This document shows positions 12,145 to 23,593 of a stretch of DNA of 40,351 nucleotides, one piece after another; position 1 is the stretch's first letter, and each line of letters starts with the position of its first letter. The position numbers and the translations under genes are program-made. The DNA lies in NCBI RefSeq assembly GCF_001194135.2, contig NC_068981.1, forward strand, positions 138,782,070 to 138,822,420, read 5' to 3'. This DNA is from Octopus bimaculoides (taxonomy: Eukaryota). A model generated the notes under the pieces. That model did no database searches. It saw only the letters and a list, made by a program, of their open reading frames with translations, and had not been told where the DNA came from.

Positions 12145-12175
<31 letters not shown>

Positions 12176-12179
12176 GTAA

Positions 12180-12600
12180 ACGCAGTAGGATTGAATGGTT
12201 AGGAAAACCGCTTCGCAACTACGCGATCTTAGATTCGNNNNNNNNNNNNNNNNNNNNNNNNNNNNNNNNNNNNNNNNNNNNNNNNNNNNNNNNNNNNNNN
12301 NNNNNNNNNNNNNNNNNNNNNNNNNNNNNNNNNNNNNNNNNNNNNNNNNNNNNNNNNNNNNNNNNNNNNNNNNNNNNNNNNNNNNNNNNNNNNNNNNNNN
12401 NNNNNNNNNNNNNNNNNNNNNNNNNNNNNNNNNNNNNNNNNNNNGTGTGTGTGTGTGTGTGTGATGCCCGTGGAAAAGCCGACAGGTGAACTGTACTTGT
12501 AATTCAAAAAATACAGCCTTGTCACGCTGATTCTTCCAGCGAATTACGTTAAGGGGAAAACATGTCTGTCGGCGCTCCTGTCCTGGCCATCCAGCATGTA
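12180..12600 (+). mobile_element. Probable degenerate composite SINE spanning an assembly gap
   Basis: SINE-like head acgcagtaggattgaatggttaggaaaaccgcttc before the gap. After it, the module cagccttgtcacgctgattcttccagcgaattacgttaagggg matches 25756-26138. Confidence 0.45.
12238..12444. other. Assembly gap (first of nine; others 22286-22518, 23594-23977, 26160-26771, 27936-28385, 30408-30417, 31917-32132, 37402-37962, 38525-39210)
   Basis: Runs of N, mostly bounded by microsatellites. Confidence 0.99.
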
Positions 12601-13176
12601 AAAGTGAGTGATCCTTTCTAAGGAGTAGGTAGAAAACGTATATCACCGTGTATTGACGAAATAGCAGTATTTGGCTTTTGCTACCCTATGCACCATATGT
12701 TATCTTCAGAAAAAAATATTTAGAATTAAAATGATATGATTTTAGCTTTCAGCTTTCTGGTTTCGATAAAATAAATGTTATAAATATGTTAGATACTCGA
12801 TTTATATATACACTCTCTGTATATACATTTAGTATGATACTCAGATGGCGATTTTAATTTAATGCTGTCTCAATTACGTATGCCGAATTTTTCCGCAGTC
12901 CTGCAAGCTTCCGCAATATCAGTGGATGTTTTATTCACTGTACGAACTTCGAGGTACGAACTTCGTTTAAGCCCGTGACAACCATATGCACAAAATTGAT
13001 GTCTTAAGAAAGACGAAAACGCGTATGTCGTCTTCTTGTGTCACTGCAGCGACGATGCTCGTCTTCTATATATGTGTTTTTAACGCTACGTTTATGAAGA
13101 ACTGTTGTATCAGACAATTCTACAGTATAATGGTGTTATACATTTAGTGTGATACATAGATAGTGATTTTAATTTA

Positions 13177-13440
13177 CAGTAACCCCTATATCGCGGTTCA
13201 CCTATCACGGTTTAGTATTTAAGCTTACGTCGATTCCTCGGTGGTGGTGTTTTGTATTTATAATAAAATAAATATATACAAATTATAAAATTAGTGATAA
13301 GAATATATACAGTACAGTACTGTTTCTATTTCGTGGTAGTCGAGGGATTTCTGTAATGCTATTTGAATTGCGTATACCGAATTATTCTAATATAGTTTTC
13401 AGTGCAGAAACTGTCTTTATATTTAAATAAATTTATTCGT
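13177..13440 (+). mobile_element. pogo/Tigger-like DNA transposon terminus (non-autonomous fragment)
   Basis: TA|CAGTAACCCCTATATCGCGGTTCACCTATCACGG resembles Tigger-type TIRs. No partner TIR found. Confidence 0.5.
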
Positions 13441-14573
13441 ATAGAGTTAAAGACAAAAAAGAGAGGGAGACAGACAGAATAAAAGAGAGCGGGAGAGGAA
13501 GAGAGGGAGAGAGACAGAAAAAGAAAGAGAGAGAAAGAATGATAGGTAGAGAGACACTCATAAATTGATATATCACTGTTCGTTTGTACATAATTAGATT
13601 CGAAGACACACGATCTTCATTCGTGATCCTGCATATTGGTTTTTACTTTAAGTGAATATTAAATCTTTTGAGATGTACAAGTTACAGTTGAAATGGTAAC
13701 TTGCATTGACTCAACAGAGTGGAATTGTTTATTTTATAGCTCTGATTGTTACTATCTCATTTGTGTTTGGTGTTATATATCAGCCATTTCTGATCAGTTT
13801 TCGAAGGCGAGGCTGATTATTATAGTCTCAATAATTTGCCTCCCGCCAGCAAAAGTGAATTAATTTAGATAAAAGCGAGGAAAACGAAAGCCTGCCAAGT
13901 CTCTCAAACTCTATGCAAATCCGCTATTACTTCGGACAAGCTAATGAAGGAGTTGCCTCAACAATTGCGATTCTGCCGGAAAGAGCAGCTAAATTTGCCT
14001 CAAGTTACACCATACCGTCTTAACAAAAGGAAAGGCGTATTGGATAATGTGATCATAGATCAAACTGACAATGCTTTACGCTCCAGCTAGGGAGTTCAGG
14101 AGTAAGGTGTTGACTCTAATTCACTACTGCTCTGAGATCTGCTCTAACCCGAAGTAATAATTCAAATAGCAAAAGCTGGTCCTGTGACATACGGGATACA
14201 AAGGAGTTTGAGAGATGAAAAGCAAGTTGATTATAATTCCGTGAGATACCGACTTCACTTCAGCAAAATATTAATTCTCACTCATATTTTTGAACTTTTT
14301 TTCTCCACCTGATAATTATTTATGGATATCTTCTTAATGATCTTTACATTGAAAATCCTAATAAAAATAAACTTAGCAGTTGGCTTCTATGCTATTGATA
14401 TCTGTTATTTATTCTACAAACAAATAATATGCTGGCAGATATTCATTCCTGATCTCACTGTAGACGGTACAATCTTTTATCGGTTGGCAGATATAAGCAT
14501 CTATCAGCAAACAATATGTTCGCTGAAGACATAAACAAAGCCAGCGACTTTGGCTCGTCTCAAAGTTACAACT

Positions 14574-14634
14574 ACTTCTGGCTGATGAGATATACCATGT
14601 CAAAATCTCGGTTTCTCGAAATGTTTAGACAAGT
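14574..14634 (+). ncRNA. Degenerate minimal hammerhead-ribozyme-like motif
   Basis: acttctgg CTGATGA gatatacc [loop] ggtttctc GAAA tgtt tagacaagt. Both core boxes are present, stem II pairs at 6 of 8 positions, and stems I and III are imperfect. Confidence 0.45.
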
Positions 14635-14756
14635 GTGATGAAGTAAATCAATGATTAGCTGATAAAACCAAATAATGTAGAAGTTCGAAATATATCCAGA
14701 ATTTTATCACATAGTGAAATAATTAAAATAATAGCACTTTCTAATTTAGGAACAAG

Positions 14757-14966
14757 GTCAGCTGGCAGAATTGTTAGCACGCTGGGCAAGATGCTTAGCG
14801 GTATTTCGTCCGTGTTCACATTCTGTGTTCAAATTCATCCAAGGTCGACTCTACTTTTCAACATTTCGAGGTTGATATAAGTACCAGTTACGCACTGGAG
14901 TCGATGTAATCGACTTGCCCCTCCCCCGAAATTACTGACCTTGTGACAAAATTTGAAGCCAACATT
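14757..14966 (+). mobile_element. SINE family A, degenerate, fused at its head to an opposite-strand SINE tail
   Basis: gctggcagaattgttagcacgctgggcaagatgcttagcggtatttcgtcc..., preceded by ttctaatttaggaacaagg, the reverse-strand tail motif. Confidence 0.8.
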
Positions 14967-15752
14967 AACATAATCTCGTTTTATATTTGACAGTTGATGT
15001 TCTTTTGCTGCTTGCTTCTTTTCTTTGTTTTTTTTTTGGTGGGGGGGGGTCTTTTTTTCTTTTTGCCTGTGTTATTTACATGTGAGCTGAAGGATGGACA
15101 AAAGTTTTCCCATCCTAAACTCCATAAAGGTGAATAAAGCTTAGAATAGAACAAATGTTGATTTCTTAACGTCTTTTTCGTTATGTTTTTGGTCTCTAGG
15201 CTTCTGTTTTATTTCTTTTATCAATAAACATTTCAATTGGAAACACTCAACCAAACCAAACAAAACAATATAGACCTAAATTCTTTAATACAAGTAAAGT
15301 ACAATAAATAGATAAAAGAATACTTTTATCTATTTATCTACTTATTGTTGTTAACAAAGCCAAACTGTCACCTATCACACTTTTCACTAAAACTGTTACA
15401 TCGTGACAGGTAAGCTAATGATTATATCCGTGTCAAAATGGGACGAACATCGTGTCAAAGGTGACCGATTGTTAGAAGAGGCCAAAGAACTCGTAAGTGG
15501 CGATAGTATCCTCAAATACTAAAATAATCCATTCACTGTTTCTTCACTTTCTAAAATATTTCTCTTTTCTTCTCGATTGTTCGTTGGATTTTTTCACTGG
15601 GTTTCCTTCTCCCATTTCAAATCTCCGTGATCTTACCACAGATCAACTTACGCCGAGGACACAATTCACGTCGTTCTCTTTTCGTTTCTTACTGGCTGAA
15701 TTAATCTGTGACTCAGTCTTAACATTATATACTCACCCGCACCTCACTCTTA

Positions 15753-15845
<93 letters not shown>

Positions 15846-15924
15846 ATAAATATGCATTTATGTATGTGTATTCAAATGTGTGAGTGCCCCTAAAAATCTA
15901 TAATGCACAGGTGAGTAAAAATGT

Positions 15925-15949
15925 ACTATTTATGTGTATGTGTGTGTGT

Positions 15950-16020
<71 letters not shown>
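15925..16020. repeat. (TG)n microsatellite; a (CT)n(CA)n array lies at about 15755-15845
   Basis: Seen directly. Confidence 0.95.
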
Positions 16021-16022
<2 letters not shown>

Positions 16023-16625
16023 AAATGGCCTTGTCCTTTAGAAATTGTAGCGAATATTATATTAACCCTTTCCTCTTATCTTTCTACTGCTATAAATACT
16101 CCCCTTCTTCCTTCCTGTCACCATAATGGTTTTTCCTATATTAACTACTAATTACTGAGCAAGCGAATTCATTATTTTGATTATTTCTAGTCAGGGAATA
16201 ATGAAATGCCACAAAGTGGTGACTTTTGGAATGTTTTAAATGTGTAATTCGTGTATATTCACCTGATGAAAACGGCCTTTTTTTTCACATGATGTAATAT
16301 CGTTGTTCATCAGCTAAAACGTTCATTAGAAACAGCTGTAGTGAATGAACCATTATCCATCTGCTGTTATTTTTATACGTTATTCACCTTATTCGAAACC
16401 TGCTATTAGCGTGTATCCAAAGTCTATTAAGTGCCCTGAGACCCTATAATATACTCATTCGGGTGCAGTTAATCGTATATACAACCGAAATAATAATCTG
16501 TCTATATGTCTGTATGTAGGTATTTGTTCCTATGCTTTCGTAATATACACGATTTCTGTTATTTAACCCGACTCGGTGCCTGATTTCTTTGGATCCTGAA
16601 CTCTTACATTTGCGTGCATGTATAC

Positions 16626-16686
<61 letters not shown>

Positions 16687-16739
16687 TGTATGTATGTATG
16701 TATTAATCTGATGGTTTACTTTATAATTTCGTAGAGTAC

Positions 16740-16995
16740 AAATTTATTATTCTCAAGCAAGAATATTATTGACAGTGGTTCGAAGTTTCGGCCGGCTAAG
16801 CCATCGTCAGACTGCGATGCATTGAAGTCCATCTTGGATTTATATAGTCTCTGCTGATTGAAACAATCTTTCTTGGGTATGTGAGTTTGACTGGATTGGT
16901 AATTAGGTTGTAGGGTGGGTTGTGATAGAGGGTCGTTTTAGAGACGTTTTTATTTATTGATATTTGACCTATTGGGGTTATGCTATTGTTTAGAG
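16740..16995 (-). mobile_element. Penelope-like terminal region with a hammerhead-like motif, interrupted by the hAT insertion
   Basis: The minus strand has gcagt CTGACGA tggcttagccggcc GAAAC ttcgaacc actgt at 16815-16772, then aataaa, the usual layout of PLE terminal repeats. The sequence continues past the hAT TSD at 19364. Confidence 0.5.
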
Positions 16996-19355
16996 TAGTG
17001 ATTCCCAACGTGGTCCCTGGGGCCCACCTGTGGTCCCCAGAGACCTTTAAGTGGTCCCCAGAAACCTTCTAGTGGTCCCCAGAAAATCCGTAGCCATAAA
17101 AAATTGAAGCCATTTCCAATCTACACAATATTGTTTGATAATAAAGACACTGTTAGTTAATAATAATTTATATGAAGACAAAATAATACGAAGAAAATAA
17201 ATTTCAATAATTATTCCATAACAATCAATAATGTATAGTATATAATCAATAATATATTACAATCAAGAATTACATTATTTAAATTTTACAATCACAACAG
17301 TTTCATAATAAATTTGATATTTTTAATCGATCACTACACAACATTGTTTAATAATAAACTTGATACAATTATTATATAGAAATAAAGTATTAATTATTTT
17401 AAATTTTTTAAAGATTAGTTGTAATAATGTCTGAACCAACTGCTAAAAAGGCAAAACTGAGGAACTACTAAGAAGATTTTATCATGTTTGGTTTTGTATC
17501 TGTAGACTCAAAACCTATGTGTCTTGATTGTGATACCATCATGACAAATCAGAAATTAAGGCATCAGAATAAAAAGAAAATACAGCTAATCAAACTACCC
17601 GACTTTGTAAAGAAGATAAATACTGTAAAAGCAAAGACACTCAAACCAAGTTATTTGGTTTCTGAAATTATTGCCAAGGTTGCAGCACCTCAGAGTTATA
17701 GTGAGAAATTTGTCAAGCCTGCTATGATATCTTGTGCAAATGAGGTTCTGGGGAAAGATGCTGCATCTACTCTGAGTACAATTCCACTTTCAAATAACAC
17801 AATTATAAGAAGACAGGATGAAATGTCTAATTTTGTTGAGAAGATTGTGGAAATTCTCCAAAAGACAAATTTTTCTATCCAGGTTGATGATAGCACAATT
17901 CATAACCAAGCTATCCCTCTGGTCTATGTCAGATTTATCCATGAAGATGACGTAAGGGAAAACATTTTATTCATTAAAAGTTTGTCTGAAACTACTAATG
18001 GAGAAGATATATTCAATGAAGTAATGCAGTATTTTAATAATAAAAATATTCCATTGACTAATTTGACCAACATTGCATCAGATGGAGCTGCAGCCATGAC
18101 TGGAAAAGTGAAAGGCTTTGTTTCTAGAATGAAATCAGTTGCTCCTCACATTTTTTTATATACATTGCATTATTCACACACAGCATTTGGTTGCTAAGAA
18201 TATTGGAGGAGGACACATGGAAGAAACACTACCATACATGCAATTAACTTTGTCGAATCAAACTCACTGAATAATAGATGCTTTATGCAATTCTATGAAG
18301 ATGAAGATTTTAAAACCCTATTGCTTCACACAGAAGTAAGATGGTTGTCTTGAAAGACTAGTGAATTTGTGGAAACCATTAATCAACTTTCTCATGTTCA
18401 AGAGTCAGATGACTCCTTACAACTCCAAGAAGCAAGCTGATACAGCTTAGAAAATTTTCGAAAGACTTTCTGAGTTTAAATCAAAAGTCTTCTACTTGAG
18501 TGATATTTTTAAAACAGTGAATCTGCTTAACTTACAGCCGGAAGGTAGAAAATCAGATTTGATCACCTGTTCTCAGAAAATAAAAGGGTATATGGGGAAA
18601 TTAAAATTTTGGAAAAAACAGTTTGAAAAAAAAAAGAATTTGACATCATTTCAAAATTTTAACACCACTGTTCCTACATCAGAAATGCATAGCTGCATGC
18701 ATTGCTTATCTTGAAGGTCTTCATGTAGACTTTGAGAGAAGATACAATAATCTTTTAAAGATAGATTATCCACTCTGGTTTGTAGACCTAGAATATTATG
18801 AGCCAGGAGATGAAAATGTTGTTGGATTTGAAAGAGAATATGAAACTGAGAAGAAGAGTTGAAAAAGAAGGTATTCTTTGCCTTCATATCGACAAAGGAA
18901 TCACGCCCAAATATTTTTTGACATGTAGAAGCAAGCATCATTTCTTTACCTACTGGTGAAATCTGCATTTTCAGCTGTTGTAGATATTTTAAGTAGAAAA
19001 AAATAAATTAGAAGAACTATCAGACTAAGACTAAATGAGTTCATTAAAATTGATTATGATATCTTGTGTCAGAAACACCAATATCAAACTAGTGACTAGC
19101 TGAATGGACTAAAAATGAACGACTTTATGAAAAAGGATTTTGATATGTTGTGTTTATCTTTGTTTCCTAAAATAAATTTTAAATTTTATCTTTTATTAGC
19201 TAAAATAAATTTTAAAGTGTAAAAAGACTATTTTGTCTCTTCATTAAGTATTTTAGTGTGAAAATAGAACAGCATAAAGTAAAAGTAGAAGTGGTCACCA
19301 GAATTTTTTTCAAGTAAAAAATGGTCCCTGGGCTGAAAAAGATTGGGAACTACTG
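16996..19355 (+). mobile_element. hAT DNA transposon, Buster/Charlie type, with both ends and TSD
   Basis: Left end tagtgattcccaac; right end reverse complement cagtagttcccaat. Perfect 8-bp TSD GTTTAGAG at 16988-16995 and 19356-19363 (nnnTAnnn, as expected for Buster elements). Subterminal gtggtccc repeats. Confidence 0.95.
17427..19099 (+). pseudogene. Disrupted hAT (Buster/ZBED5/FAM200-like) transposase
   Basis: MSEPTAKKAKLRNY*EDFIMFGF...KPMCLDC (BED finger start)...LSNNTIIRR...FSIQVDDST...ASDGAAAMTG...HCIIH...LLLHTEVRWLS*...FSAVVDIL...KHQYQTSD*. Multiple stops and frameshifts. Confidence 0.9.
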
Positions 19356-19449
19356 GTTTAGAGTTTATTCGTGTATAGTAGATCTTTGTAAGTAGGTATG
19401 TATATTCAGGTATGTTCCCTTCAGTCATGAAATTATTAATATCATCCTT

Positions 19450-19454
<5 letters not shown>

Positions 19455-19523
<69 letters not shown>
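19455..19523. repeat. (TG)n microsatellite
   Basis: Seen directly. Confidence 0.95.
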
Positions 19524-19525
<2 letters not shown>

Positions 19526-19798
19526 TCAGAAGTCAAACACGTATAGTAAATGTGAAACAACGAAAAATGAAAACAACACAACAGGAAGAGCAATGTTAGC
19601 GTTTTAGCTTAACACTTTAATAGAAACAAATAATCTCTTAACGCTTCGTACGTTCGTCCTTCATTGAAAGAAAAAGATAAATGAAGACGGTGTGAAAAAG
19701 AGAACTAGTCAATGAAAACAAAAATAAGAAAACCAAATGGAAAAGACGTTTGGGTGAATTTGGGGTCATGTTATTGCATATTGTATATACTTGCATAC

Positions 19799-19865
<67 letters not shown>

Positions 19866-20163
19866 CACATACATATATCTGTCTGTCTTTCTGCATACGT
19901 GAAGTAGGGCGTAAACTTTAGGTTGATTCAAATATTTTTCTGGCATATTGTAACTTCTAAAGCAAATTTTACTGCAGTTTACTGAGGAGAAAAAACATCC
20001 TCACTGATGTAAATACGCCATTATCAGCACAGTAGCTCCCTCTACTGAATCGTTAAAGGTTTTCTGGCTCGTTATACCTTCCTCAATAGAGGTTTCTAAA
20101 GAGAGACAACTCTCGTCTGACAGAAAAACCATAGCGTTATAACGATCAGTCAACGCCAGTAAA

Positions 20164-20434
20164 TGATTTGGGCTCGTAGACATTAGCAGTAGTGCGAAGC
20201 ACTGGTGGGAAATGAACAAGTTTTAGGTTAGTTCGAATATGTTTGTGACTTGTTTTAACTTCTAAAGAAAAGTTTACAGTGGAGAAAAATTCTCGCTTAT
20301 AGTACACCATTTTTGCATTTAGAAGTTAAAATATGTCAAACATATTTGAACTAACCTAAAGTTTATTTCCCGCCAGTTCTTTGTGCTACTGCTTATGTAT
20401 TTATATACATTAGACAGTCTACGAGCTCAGATCA
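20164..20434. repeat. Imperfect fold-back (inverted repeat), arms about 100 bp, MITE-like
   Basis: 20164-20266 matches the reverse complement of 20318-20434, e.g. ttttaggttagttcgaatatgtttg vs caaacatatttgaactaacctaaag, and gctcgtagac vs gtctacgagc. Confidence 0.85.
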
Positions 20435-20663
20435 GTCACTAGTATTCATTGATTCATTATAAAGCCAGGGCTTACTGTGAGTTCAGGGTTGCCCCTCTTT
20501 GGTGTCCTCTGCTGAGGAAGGCATAACGACTCAGAAATGTATTTAAGTGTCTAATAGAGGTGTCTAATATTTTCGAAAATACTATTTGATGGTACAGTTA
20601 TTTTTAATGTCTTCTTTTAGGGTCTAAAAAAACAAGTATTTCATCAATATACTAGATGTAATT

Positions 20664-20819
20664 CGTTCGTATTTACGTTCTGGGTTCAAATGCCGCCGGG
20701 ATCGACTTTGCTTTTCATCCTTTCGGGGTCGATAAATTAAGTACCATTTGAGCACTGAGGTTGATGTAATCGACTTTTCCCCGGTCCGAAATTGCTGGCC
20801 TTGTGCCAAACTTTGAATC
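20664..20819 (+). mobile_element. 5'-truncated SINE family A with a 19-bp TSD
   Basis: B box, central domain and tail. Flanks caatatactagatgtaatt / caatatactaaatgtagtt. Confidence 0.85.
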
Positions 20820-21349
20820 CAATATACTAAATGTAGTTTGTTTAGACGTTCATGCCTTGATACAAATTTGTTTTCTATTTTGACCGTGTAGAACGTTGCA
20901 ACCGGAGGTCTCAGTGGAGAATCTAAAGCTACCCCATCTTCAGAAAATATATTATTCTGTGAATAAAGATAAAGAACAATTAGCTGGGGAGTTGTACAAA
21001 ACAAAAATAAATTTAAAGAATAAAACAAGCATTAGTCACTACAGAATATGCAAACTCGGTTTTACTTTTTACCAGTTCTATACGATTTGATGTTTTAACT
21101 TTGATGTGATGACAAGAATGTGTCAGGATATCAGATGATGTTATCGTCATAGTTTCTCATAAATCAAGATGAAACTCACCAAAATAGAGAATTATTAATG
21201 GAAAGACGAATATGGATTAACCAGAGCTAGTCGGTGGTATTACAACTTGGCACGTGGATGGCACATACATGCCGGTCAGCGTTGTCATTGGACTAACGTC
21301 TTCCTTTAGTCTCTTAAAAACAGATATATCATCAATATACTAGATGTAG

Positions 21350-21463
21350 TTCCTCTGTCTTTACGTTCTACGTTCAAATACCACCGGGGTCGACTTTGGC
21401 TTTCATCCTTTCGTGGTCGAAAAATTAAGAACCAGGTGAGCACGAGGTTGATGTAATCGACTT
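21350..21463 (+). mobile_element. SINE family A fragment, part of a local duplication of 20606-20776
   Basis: Same upstream flank and same 5' truncation point as the copy at 20664. Confidence 0.8.
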
Positions 21464-22518
21464 AGTGCCTGGGTTGGTTCTTGCGAGTAGAGTTGAGCCC
21501 TCCCTCAAGAATGCATCGAAAAGAAGTTATTTCGAAACGTTGCCAGGGGTTTGATGAATATCCACATCACTTTAACGATGTCTTAGCCTAGCGAATGTCT
21601 GTCCAGATTGGAATATATGCTCTTTCGCTCGTTAGATATAGTGGGTTTCTCTTCATCAGAAAGTACATCTGCCATCGACACCCATTTATTTTTGTTCGCT
21701 CATTCTTTAATTGCCCTTTCTTTTTAAGTTAATTATTTTTAATGTTATATATGAAACCCATCAAATATTTCAATCGACTTTATTATAACTGTTACATTTG
21801 CATACAACCTCATACTTGTTTCGTTATTTTAGTTTTCATTATCAGAATATTCTTATTAATGGTTTCCTGCTTCAGTCCTCAAATTTTGTACGAAGACTGG
21901 AGATGTGAACATCTTTAATAATTGTATTTTTAAATTATTTCCAGTATCGAGGAAACTGTGACTTTTTCCTTCTTCTCTACACTACTTTCCATATTCGAGT
22001 TTTAACATACTTGCATACATACAAACCTGCATACAAGCATACATACATACACACAGGTATACACACACGTGTGTGTGTAAAGAACAAACGAAGCAGCATA
22101 CTCCATATGTGTGCGTATGTATATATATATTATTTTTATCTCATGATATTTACTTTGTTTTATATTATACTCATTTATTGTGCTTTTAATTGTTAATTTT
22201 TCTATATGTGATTTTCATCGATGCGTTCTTGAAACTTGGTTATTTTCCCTAAAACTATATATTATATATATATATATATATATATNNNNNNNNNNNNNNN
22301 NNNNNNNNNNNNNNNNNNNNNNNNNNNNNNNNNNNNNNNNNNNNNNNNNNNNNNNNNNNNNNNNNNNNNNNNNNNNNNNNNNNNNNNNNNNNNNNNNNNN
22401 NNNNNNNNNNNNNNNNNNNNNNNNNNNNNNNNNNNNNNNNNNNNNNNNNNNNNNNNNNNNNNNNNNNNNNNNNNNNNNNNNNNNNNNNNNNNNNNNNNNN
22501 NNNNNNNNNNNNNNNNNN

Positions 22519-22559
<41 letters not shown>

Positions 22560-23002
22560 TTACACGCATGCACCCATACAGGCATCCATACGTGTGGGTA
22601 TACGTATCTATGGGTATAACACCCAAATGATACATATATATATTCTGGGCATAAACACGAGAACACTGGCATCTAACGTTCATCTTGTCCATTGTCTCTT
22701 CAGGTTTCCTTTTGATCACAAGAGTATGTATATCATACGTATATGTGGTTAGATACATGCATATAAAGCATGAAGATTGCATGTGTGTGTATGTGAGTGT
22801 GTATGTATGAATAAACAAATGAATATGTACATATATAAATGAATATCTACACACATGCATGCATACATACTGTCACACACACACACATATACTATATGGA
22901 GATGCGTGCACGAGTATGCATAACTGTATGTATAGATATATCAATGTATAACCACGCTTGTAGATATGTACATACAGATTGATGTTTCAGTAAACACTAT
23001 GC

Positions 23003-23092
<90 letters not shown>

Positions 23093-23533
23093 CATAAATA
23101 CATTATATACAATATAATATAATATATAATATAGATAATATATATATGTATGTATAAGCACATGCACACGTACCACATACATACTCACCCATATGTTATA
23201 TATATAAACATACTTACATACATACACACATGCATATATACATACATACATACATATATATATAGATATAGCGAGAGAAAGAAAGAGACAAACAGACAGA
23301 CAGAAACATAGACATAGATATAGTTATATAATCATGTAAAATATACTAACCAATTCAAAGCAATACTTTGTTTGCCATTTTATTTTATTTTATTTATTTA
23401 TTTATTTATTTATTTATTTTGGAATGGTAGGGTAGAGAATAGAAAATCTATTTCCGTTTGTCCGGGCCTATTCATTGTCTCAAATTTTCGTGTGAGTACT
23501 TTCCCCCACCGCACCCTTTTTTCCTGATTCTAT

Positions 23534-23593
<60 letters not shown>

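Noticed and set aside
15731-15740. Perfect minus-strand donor CGG|GTGAGT next to a (GA)n tract, and other isolated splice-like signals (e.g. ACAG|GTAAGC near 15409, the acceptor near 22700)
   Set aside because: Such motifs are expected by chance in 40 kb, and no coding exon chain links them. RNA-seq is needed.
16263-16313. ctgatgaaaacg...cgttgttcatcag hairpin as a miRNA or ribozyme
   Set aside because: The stem is short with a large U-rich loop and fits neither fold.
21620-21662. Minus-strand CTGATGAAGAGAAAC as a hammerhead
   Set aside because: No stem II between the boxes, and no stem I or III pairing.
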